Assembly (NCBI GenBank): GCA_050250665.1
Contig: JBFWOF010000019.1
Span: 10,455-74,454, forward strand
Source of the DNA: Lysobacterales bacterium
GTDB lineage: Bacteria > Pseudomonadota > Gammaproteobacteria > Xanthomonadales > SZUA-5
Length of the DNA: 64,000 nucleotides
Direction: 5' to 3'
Part shown: positions 8,371 through 15,283 of the stretch, in pieces
Numbering within the stretch: the first letter of the stretch is position 1
Layout: the number at the start of each line of letters is the position of its first letter
The notes under the pieces: generated by a model
Told to the model about the DNA's origin: nothing
The model's database searches: none
Seen by the model: the letters and a program-made list of their open reading frames with translations, nothing else
Position numbers and translations under genes: made by a program

Positions 8371-10538
8371 TGACCACCACCGCTGATCTGCTCGTTGAAC
8401 TGCTCTGCGAAGAGCTTCCGGCCAAGGCCGTCGCCGATCTGGCTCAGGGCCTGCGCACGGGCTTGTGCGAGCGCCTGGGCAAGGCCGGCATCGAGCATCC
8501 GGCGGATCAGGCGCAGGCGCTGTGGACGCCGCGGCGGATTGCCGTGCTGATTCCGGGTGTCGCCCTGGCCCAGCCCGAGCAGACCTCCGAGCGTCGCGGT
8601 CCAGCGCTGGCAGCCGCCAGCGCGCCCGATGGCAGCCCGAGCAAGGCGCTGATCGGCTTTGCCGCCTCCTGCGGGGTGCCGGTCGAGGCGCTGGAGAAGC
8701 TGGAGACGGACAAGGGTGCCTGGTTTGTCCATCGCAGCACCAGGCCCGGCGCACTCACCGCCGACGTGCTGCCGGCCATGGTGGCCGAGGCCATCGAGGC
8801 CCTGCCGCTGGGCAAGCCGATGCGCTGGGGCAGCAATGACTTCGCCTTCCTGCGCCCGGTGCATGGATTGATCGTGCTGCTCGGCGAGATGGTGCTGAAC
8901 GCGCAGGTCTATGGCGTTGGCAGCGGTCGCCGTACCCGCGGCCATCGTTTTCACCATGCCGACGAGGTGTCGATTGCCCGTCCGGCCGACTACGCGACCA
9001 CACTCGCTGCCGCCCATGTCCAGGTCGATCCGCAAGCCCGGCGCGAACGCGTGCGCGCGCAGGTCAGCGCTGCGGCGCAGTCCCTGGGCGGGCAAGCGCG
9101 CCTGCCCGAGGATCTGATCGACGAGGTCAGCAATCTGACCGAATGGCCCTGCGCCATCGCCTGTTCGATCCCGGCCGAGTACATGCGCCTACCCGAAGCG
9201 GTGATCGTGACCACCATCGAAACCCACCAGCGCTTCTTCCCGGTGCTCGACGGTGCCGGCAAGCTGATGCCCAGTTTTGTCGGAGTCGCCAATATCGACA
9301 GCAAGGATCCGAACGAGATCCGCAAGGGCTACGAGCGCGTGGTGCGCCCGCGCCTGGCCGATGCGGCCTTCTTCTTCGATCAGGATCTGAAACAGCCGCT
9401 GGCCGAGCACGTCGAAGCGCTGAAGACCGTGACCTACCAGCAGAAGCTGGGCAGTCTGCACGACAAGACCGAGCGCGTGATCGCCCTGGCGCGCGCCGTG
9501 GCCCCGGCCGTGGGCGTGGATCCGGGTCTGGCCGAGGCGGCGGCGCGGCTGTCCAAGGCCGATCTGCAGACGCGCATGGTCGGCGAGTTCCCGGAACTGC
9601 AGGGTCTGATGGGTCGCCACTACGCGCTGGCCCAGGGTCAGCCCGAGGCCGTGGCAGTGGCGCTGGACGAGATCTACGCGCCGCGCCAGTCCGGCGTGCC
9701 GATCGCCGCCAGCCCGCTGGGCCGGGTGCTGGCGATTGCCGAGCGGCTGGATACCCTGGCAGGCATCTTTGCCGTTGGCCTCAAGCCCACCGGCAACAAG
9801 GATCCCTTCGCGCTGCGCCGCGCAGCGCTGGGACTGGCGCGCACGCTGATCGAGGGCGATATCCGCCTGGATCTGCCGCAGATTCTGGAGAAGGCGGTGC
9901 TCGGCATTCCGGCGCAGAGTCTCAAGGACTATCTGGCCAAGGTCGCCAACAATGTCTTCGACGACGACACGCTGCTCGGCAAGCTGGCTGATCAGCTGAC
10001 GGCACCGGCGGTCAACGAACTCTACGAGTTCATCCTCGAACGCACCCGCGCCTATTACAGCGAGGCGGGCATCACTGGCGATGTGTTCGAAGCCGTGGCG
10101 GCGCGACGCCCGCATGACCTGGTCGATTTCGATCAGCGCCTGAAGGCGGTGCTGGCCTTCAAGCAGCTGCCGGCCTGCCAGAGCCTGGCCGCCGCCAACA
10201 AGCGCATTCGCAACATTCTGCGCAAGGCCGGCGAGAGCGGTATCGATATCGCGGCGCTGGGTGGCGTGGACGAGAACAGGCTGCATCATGATGCCGAGCG
10301 GGCGCTGTACAGCGCGATCCGCTCAGCCGAGAGCGACACCGGCGCGCGCTTCGAGGCCGGCGAGTATGTCGAAGGCCTGAGCCGACTGGCCGATCTGCAG
10401 GCGCCGGTCGATGGCTTCTTCGACGGGGTAATGGTGATGGCTGACGAGGTCGTCGTGCGCAACAACCGACTGGCCTTGCTGGAGCGATTGAGCACCCTTT
10501 TCCTGAAGACCGCGGATATCTCGCTGCTGGCCGGATGA
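8370..10538 (+). CDS. glyS: glycine--tRNA ligase beta subunit
   Basis: 722 aa. LLVELLCEELPAK, TPRRIAV, FVGVANI, RPRLADAAFFFDQD, KDPFALRR. The ATG at 8370 shares its A with the vapC TGA (8368-8370). Confidence 0.97.
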   Translation: MTTTADLLVELLCEELPAKAVADLAQGLRTGLCERLGKAGIEHPADQAQALWTPRRIAVLIPGVALAQPEQTSERRGPALAAASAPDGSPSKALIGFAASCGVPVEALEKLETDKGAWFVHRSTRPGALTADVLPAMVAEAIEALPLGKPMRWGSNDFAFLRPVHGLIVLLGEMVLNAQVYGVGSGRRTRGHRFHHADEVSIARPADYATTLAAAHVQVDPQARRERVRAQVSAAAQSLGGQARLPEDLIDEVSNLTEWPCAIACSIPAEYMRLPEAVIVTTIETHQRFFPVLDGAGKLMPSFVGVANIDSKDPNEIRKGYERVVRPRLADAAFFFDQDLKQPLAEHVEALKTVTYQQKLGSLHDKTERVIALARAVAPAVGVDPGLAEAAARLSKADLQTRMVGEFPELQGLMGRHYALAQGQPEAVAVALDEIYAPRQSGVPIAASPLGRVLAIAERLDTLAGIFAVGLKPTGNKDPFALRRAALGLARTLIEGDIRLDLPQILEKAVLGIPAQSLKDYLAKVANNVFDDDTLLGKLADQLTAPAVNELYEFILERTRAYYSEAGITGDVFEAVAARRPHDLVDFDQRLKAVLAFKQLPACQSLAAANKRIRNILRKAGESGIDIAALGGVDENRLHHDAERALYSAIRSAESDTGARFEAGEYVEGLSRLADLQAPVDGFFDGVMVMADEVVVRNNRLALLERLSTLFLKTADISLLAG

Positions 10539-10705
10539 TGGTCGGGCCGTGTTCGGCCCTCTCCCGGTTCGGAACCAGGGCTTCGCCAAGCTTAATGGAC
10601 CTGTGTCGCCGAAGCACGTGACATTCGTTTACCGGTTTCGGTGATCGATGCTGAGACAAGTTACGCGATAGCTACTCCATGGAAGAGATTTTCACGGGGG
10701 TAGTC

Positions 10706-11404
10706 ATGAGTACATCAGCAGAACAGATACTGGACATTGCCGCCGCCCATCTGGGCGAGCCTTACCGCCTCGGTGCCCGCGCGCCGATGCTGGACCCGGC
10801 CTGGAAGGGCCCCTGGGATTGTGCCGAGTTCGTGTCCTGGTGCGTGTATCGCGCCAGCGGCATGCTCTATGGCGTCAAGCCCGACAATCCGATGCTGGCT
10901 GACGCCTACACCGGCTATTGGGCGGCGCAAGCGCAGCGCGATCAGGCTACCGTCGCCGTGGCCGAGGCCATGACCATTCCCGGCGCCGTGCTGCTACGCG
11001 CGCCGCAGGCCGGGAAAATCGGACATATCGTGTTCTCCGACGGTACCGGCGGCACCATCGAGGCTCACAGCACCGGCCGCGGCGTGATTCGCCATACGGC
11101 CGCCGGCCGGCGCTGGGATTGCGGCGTGCTGGTCCCGGGTATCGAGTATTTCCGCACCGAGCTGACCCCGGCCTATCGGCCGCCGGAGCCGGTGATCACG
11201 GTCACCCGGCCGCTGACCCGCGGCCCCACGGTCAAGCGCGTGCAGCAGGCGTTGACCGATCGGCAATTCCCGGTGGGTCCGATCGACAGCATCTACGGCC
11301 CGCAGACCGAGCACGCCGTCAGCCTGTTCCAGGCTGCCCACGGGCTGGTCGCCGATGGCGAGGTCGGAGCGCTGACGCTGGAAGCGCTGGGTCTGGTGGA
11401 TTAG
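10706..11404 (+). CDS. NlpC/P60-like cysteine peptidase fused to a PG_binding_1 domain; no signal peptide (endolysin-like)
   Basis: Cys context PWDCAEFVSWC and His context GHIVFSDGTGGTIEAHS. C-terminal peptidoglycan-binding repeat VKRVQQALTDRQFPVGPIDSIYGPQTEHAVSLFQAAHGLVADGEVG. ATG at 10706 preferred (GGGG upstream); the ORF opens at 10679. Confidence 0.75.
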   Translation: MSTSAEQILDIAAAHLGEPYRLGARAPMLDPAWKGPWDCAEFVSWCVYRASGMLYGVKPDNPMLADAYTGYWAAQAQRDQATVAVAEAMTIPGAVLLRAPQAGKIGHIVFSDGTGGTIEAHSTGRGVIRHTAAGRRWDCGVLVPGIEYFRTELTPAYRPPEPVITVTRPLTRGPTVKRVQQALTDRQFPVGPIDSIYGPQTEHAVSLFQAAHGLVADGEVGALTLEALGLVD

Positions 11405-11440
11405 CGCGGCGAGCCGCGCCAAGGCTGGGCGCGACGGCTT

Positions 11441-11850
11441 TGAGGAGGGCCGCGCGCCTGCGCGGCCGCTCTTGATCTCGTGTTGGCCAAAGCGGCGCCG
11501 CGGCCGCCGGCGCCCTCCAAGGCGCGTAGCCCGGTGTGGCTCTGCATGAACCGATATCGTCAGCTGTTGATGCGTCATTGCGAGGAGCGCAGCGACGAAG
11601 CAATCCAGGGTATCGCCGCGCGTCCCTGGATTGCTTCCCCCGGATCAAGTCCGGGGTCGCAATGACGACGGCGGGTTCATGGCCAGTGTGCAGTGTCGGG
11701 CCGACACAGATGGCCCGCAATGACGATCTCTTCGGGACATCTCGAAGATCCAAACGCTCTGCTTCGCGTTCTCTCTGCTTTTCCTCTGCGTTCTCTGCGT
11801 CCAGCTTCTGGCCGCGACCTGCCTCAGGACAGGATCGTCACGTCGCCGGT
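11441..11850. repeat. repeat mosaic: B palindrome (11441-11520, inverted), C element (11563-11667), ~100-bp F element (11750-11850)
   Basis: The F element CTCTGCTTCGCGTTCTCTCTGCTTTTCCTCTGCGTTCTCTGCGTCC...GGATCGTCACGTCGCCGGTCGC recurs inverted at 18757-18860. Confidence 0.85.
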
Positions 11851-11880
11851 CGCGCTGCGAGGGCGCTCAAGGCTGCCCGC

Positions 11881-13536
11881 TCAGCCCGCCGCCGCGGCCA
11901 TCTGCCTGAGCTTCTCGCGCACACGTGGTGCCAGGCGCTCGTAGTGGGCGCCGAGCAGCAGGCGCAGCTCGTTCTCCTCGACGAGGCCAATGGACTGCCG
12001 GAACTGGCACTTGGCCTCGGTAATGCGCTGCTGCATGGCCATGATCTTGTCTTCGGTATCGACCCGCATCGCGGTGGCATGCGGGTGCTCCCGGCGATAG
12101 CGCTCGATCCGCTCGCGATGGCGTGAATGCAGCATCGCTGGTGTGAGCTCGGCCGCCAGCGCGCTGAGGTCGACCTTGCCGCGATATCCGAAAGGGCTGC
12201 CGCTGCCGGCATTGTTGGTGATCAGAAAGCCGCCATCGTCGAAGGCCGTTTCCAGTTCGACCACCGCCGGGCGCTGCCACTGGCCGCGGAGCTTGAGCCA
12301 GGCCCAGGCCAGCCAGCCCGGCCATTTGGGCTCGATGCTGTAGCTGGCGGCGCAGGTGACGCCATCGGCGGCGGCGTAGATGCGCACCAGCGTCGGGCCG
12401 GCGAGCTGCTCGGCCAGATGTTCGGGTTCGTAGTCACCAATCACCCGGAAGCCCTGTGCTCCGAGGATCCGGGTCACCCGTTCGGCGTGTTCGCGCATGA
12501 AGCGCGGATAGCGTTCGATGGAGGTGGTGACGTAGCAGGGCTCGGCCTCGTGGGCCAGGGCGTGAATCTTGTAGGCCACGTCGATGGCAAGCACATCGTC
12601 CGGGTCTTCGGAGACAAACTGGGTCATCGACTGATCCAGGCTCAGACCGCCACGCACGCCGGCGGCGGCGCTGCGGATCATCGACGCCGCCATGTCGTGG
12701 CCCAGCGTCGCCTTTTCCCGGGCGCTGACCTGAAGCAGGCCCTGCTCCAGCAATCTGGCCATCTGTTCGCGTTCGCCGCGACCGCCGTCCAGCGAGCAGG
12801 CGCGCATGTCGACAATCGTGGCGCGTTCCGGATCATCGGTGGGAGTCACCGCCAGGACCGCGTCAAAGGCGGCCAGGGCGGCGTCGTAGGCACCGAGGTA
12901 ATGCAGCACATTGGCCAGTTGCAGGCGCACCTGCGGGTTGTTCTTCAGTGCCAGCGCCTGTTCCAGATCGACCCGGGTCTGCTCCAGGCCCTGACGCGAC
13001 CAGCGCTGCCCGGAGACTGTCCGGATGACATCAGGTCCATCCGCCACCTCGTCGCCAAAACCGAGCATGGCGCCCAGCCGATGCATGCGGGCGCGTTCGA
13101 CGTAGGCCTCGGACAGGCGCGGATCCAGCGCCAGCGCGCGATCCAGCGCCGTCGCCGCGGCTTCGCGCTGCTCGGCGCCATCCAGCAGGCGTGCCAGCAT
13201 CAATTGGGCACGCGCCAGTTTCGGATCGAGCTCGATCGCCCTGCGCACATCGGATTCCGGATCGCTGGCGCTCTCGCCCTCCATTGCCAGCTCGGCGCGC
13301 AGCAACCAGGCCTGGGCGTAGTCGGGCTTCAGCGCCAGCACCCGTTCGATCTCGAGCAGGGTTTCGGCCGGGCGTCCGAGCGCACGCAGCGTGCGCGCAC
13401 GATGCCAGTGCAGCGGCGCCTGCTCGGGATATTCCTCGATCAGCGCGTCGATCAGATCCAGCGCACGATCGATATCGCCGCTGCGCAATTCCAGCGCAAA
13501 CCGCTCCAGTCGTTCGCGCGCAGTTATCTGCGCCAT
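11881..13536 (-). CDS. TPR-repeat protein with uncharacterised C-terminal domain
   Basis: About 551 aa from ATG 13536 (the ORF opens at 13560). The N-terminal half is a series of TPR-like helical pairs (ALDLIDALIEEYPEQAPLHWHRARTLRALGRPAETLLEIERVLALKPDYAQAW...). I do not recognise the C-terminal ~300 aa. The opposite-strand 521-aa ORF has shadow-type composition. Confidence 0.75.
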   Translation of the reverse strand: MAQITARERLERFALELRSGDIDRALDLIDALIEEYPEQAPLHWHRARTLRALGRPAETLLEIERVLALKPDYAQAWLLRAELAMEGESASDPESDVRRAIELDPKLARAQLMLARLLDGAEQREAAATALDRALALDPRLSEAYVERARMHRLGAMLGFGDEVADGPDVIRTVSGQRWSRQGLEQTRVDLEQALALKNNPQVRLQLANVLHYLGAYDAALAAFDAVLAVTPTDDPERATIVDMRACSLDGGRGEREQMARLLEQGLLQVSAREKATLGHDMAASMIRSAAAGVRGGLSLDQSMTQFVSEDPDDVLAIDVAYKIHALAHEAEPCYVTTSIERYPRFMREHAERVTRILGAQGFRVIGDYEPEHLAEQLAGPTLVRIYAAADGVTCAASYSIEPKWPGWLAWAWLKLRGQWQRPAVVELETAFDDGGFLITNNAGSGSPFGYRGKVDLSALAAELTPAMLHSRHRERIERYRREHPHATAMRVDTEDKIMAMQQRITEAKCQFRQSIGLVEENELRLLLGAHYERLAPRVREKLRQMAAAAG

Positions 13537-13706
13537 GTGTCGCTCCCCTGCGATTACCAACCAAGAATAGCCGCTTGTGTCGCGCAGCGATCGCCGCGCG
13601 GACGTAGTGATTGCCTGAACGCTGCAAAATTCCGGACGCTTTGCCCTCGCAGGCTCGGGCCCTCAGCGCTTACGCTCCCAACTTGCCGTTGACCGAGGAA
13701 GCCCGC

Positions 13707-14909
13707 ATGTTCGAATTGTCCGCCCGCGCCAAGGAAATACGCGAACGTCTGCTGGGCTTCATGCATGAGGTGGTGGAAGCGGGCGAGCGTGATTATCTGG
13801 CTGCCATCGCCCAGCCCGGACAGCGCTGGGAGATTCCGCCAGTCATGGAGGAGATGAAACGCAAGGCCAAGGCCGCCGGACTGTGGAATCTGTTCTTGCC
13901 CGACAGCCGCCACGGCGCCGGCCTGAGCAATCTCGATTACGCGCGCATGGCCGAGATCATGGGCCGTTCGCTGATCGCCCCGGAGGTCTTCAACTGCTCG
14001 GCGCCCGATACCGGCAACATGGAAGTGCTGCACCTGTACGGCAACGAATTCCAGAAGCGGCAATGGCTGGAGCCGCTGCTGGCAGGCGACATCCGCTCTG
14101 GCTTCGCCATGACCGAGCCCGATGTCGCGTCCTCGGACGCCAGCAACATCCACTGCCGCATCCTCCGCGACGGCGATCATTACCGCATCAGCGGACGCAA
14201 GTGGTGGATCTCCGGCGCCATGGACCCGCGCTGCAGGTTCTTCATCGTCATGGGCCAGACCGACCCGGAAGCCAAGCCACATGCACGCCATTCGATGGTG
14301 ATCGTGCAGCGCGATGCCCCCGGCGTGCGCATCCTGCGGCCACTGCAGGTGTTCGGCTTCGACGATGCCCCCAATGGTCACGCCGAAGTCGCCTTCGAGG
14401 ACGCCCGGGTGCCGCTGGGCAATCTGATCTACGGCGAGGGCAAGGGCTTGGAGATTGCCCAGAGCCGCCTCGGCCCCGGCCGCGTCCACCATTGCATGCG
14501 CCTGATTGGCCTGGCCGAACGCGCCATCGAGGCCATGGTCGAGCGCGCCAAGTCGCGCATCGTCTTCGGCCAGCCCATCGCCCGCCACGGCATGGCCCAG
14601 GAGGCCATCGCGCTCAGTCGCTGCGAGATCGAGCAGGCCCGGCTGCTGACGCTGTCCACCGCCCAGGCCCTGGACAAGCAGGGCACCCGCGGCGCCCGCG
14701 ATCGGGTGTCCATGATCAAGATCGTGGTACCGCGCATGGCCTGTCAGGTCATCGACCGGGCCATTCAGATCCACGGCGGCGCCGGTCTGTGCGAAGACAG
14801 CTTCCTCAGCCACGCCTACGCCGGCGCCCGTTCACTGCGCATCGCCGACGGCCCCGATGAAGTGCACATCATGACCCTGGCGAAGATGGAGTGCAGCAAG
14901 GAGGGCTGA
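13707..14909 (+). CDS. acyl-CoA dehydrogenase
   Basis: MFELSARAKEIRERLLGFM..., GFAMTEPDVASSDA, ISGRKWWISGA, RIADGPDEVH. GAGGAA Shine-Dalgarno 7 nt upstream of ATG 13707. Confidence 0.92.
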   Translation: MFELSARAKEIRERLLGFMHEVVEAGERDYLAAIAQPGQRWEIPPVMEEMKRKAKAAGLWNLFLPDSRHGAGLSNLDYARMAEIMGRSLIAPEVFNCSAPDTGNMEVLHLYGNEFQKRQWLEPLLAGDIRSGFAMTEPDVASSDASNIHCRILRDGDHYRISGRKWWISGAMDPRCRFFIVMGQTDPEAKPHARHSMVIVQRDAPGVRILRPLQVFGFDDAPNGHAEVAFEDARVPLGNLIYGEGKGLEIAQSRLGPGRVHHCMRLIGLAERAIEAMVERAKSRIVFGQPIARHGMAQEAIALSRCEIEQARLLTLSTAQALDKQGTRGARDRVSMIKIVVPRMACQVIDRAIQIHGGAGLCEDSFLSHAYAGARSLRIADGPDEVHIMTLAKMECSKEG

Positions 14910-14913
14910 GGGC

Positions 14914-15026
14914 TGGTTGTTGGTTGTTGGTTGTTGGTTGTTGGTTGTTGGTTGTTGGTTGTTGGTTGTCGGTTGGTGGTTGGTGGTTGGTGGTTGTCGG
15001 TTGTTGGGTGGTGGGTGGTGGTTGGC
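14914..15026. repeat. heptanucleotide tandem array (GGTTGTT)n, about 16-17 units, degenerating to GGTTGGT/GGGTGGT
   Basis: Read directly. Starts 5 nt after the acyl-CoA dehydrogenase stop codon. Confidence 0.95.
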
Positions 15027-15282
15027 TTCCTGTGGGAGCGGCTTCAGCCGCGATCGCTTGTAGCCAGTCGCTGCTGTGGGAGTGGCTCAAGCCGCGGAGG
15101 CTTCTGGCGGGGATGGAGAAGCGTCCAGACAAGTCTGGACCTACACCAGCAAGAGCCACAGCCACAGCCACAACCGTCGCGGCTGAAGCTCCCACGGTTG
15201 TAGGTCACGTTGGCCGCGCAGCGGGCTACGTGACAGTCCGCCCCGACAACAGCCGTCGCGGCTGAAGCCGCTCCCACAGCTG
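15027..15282. repeat. nested REP cluster (family I variants, D half-site, family J)
   Basis: CTGTGGGAGCGGCTTCAGCCGCGAT, CTGTGGGAGTGGCTCAAGCCGCGGA and their inverted partners GTCGCGGCTGAAGC(CG)CTCCCAC. GCGTCCAGACAAGTCTGGACCTAC (15117-15144). GTAGGTCACGTTGGCC...GGCTACGTGAC (15198-15235), which recurs at 30688-30722. Confidence 0.85.
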
Positions 15283-15283
15283 C

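Noticed and set aside
12127-13692. Large antisense ORFs opposite confident genes, for example: 12127-13692 +, 24511-26238 +, 43523-45778 +, 59825-61885 -, 13554-14813 -, 9189-10289 -, 46013-47317 +, 47570-48919 +, 6548-7426 -, 7918-9095 -, 53413-54807 -, 55901-57133 -, 61928-62941 -, 31251-32276 +, 28388-29542 +, 16367-18199 +.
   Set aside because: These are typical high-GC shadow ORFs. They are Arg/Gly/Ala/His/Gln-rich with no recognisable motifs, and each overlaps in full a gene with strong family signatures on the other strand.
14891-15265. ORFs encoding Trp/Val/Gly low-complexity peptides (MLVVGCWLLVVGCW…) over the heptamer array.
   Set aside because: They are direct translations of (GGTTGTT)n and the adjacent REPs. 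All three frames are open, and there is no coding signal.
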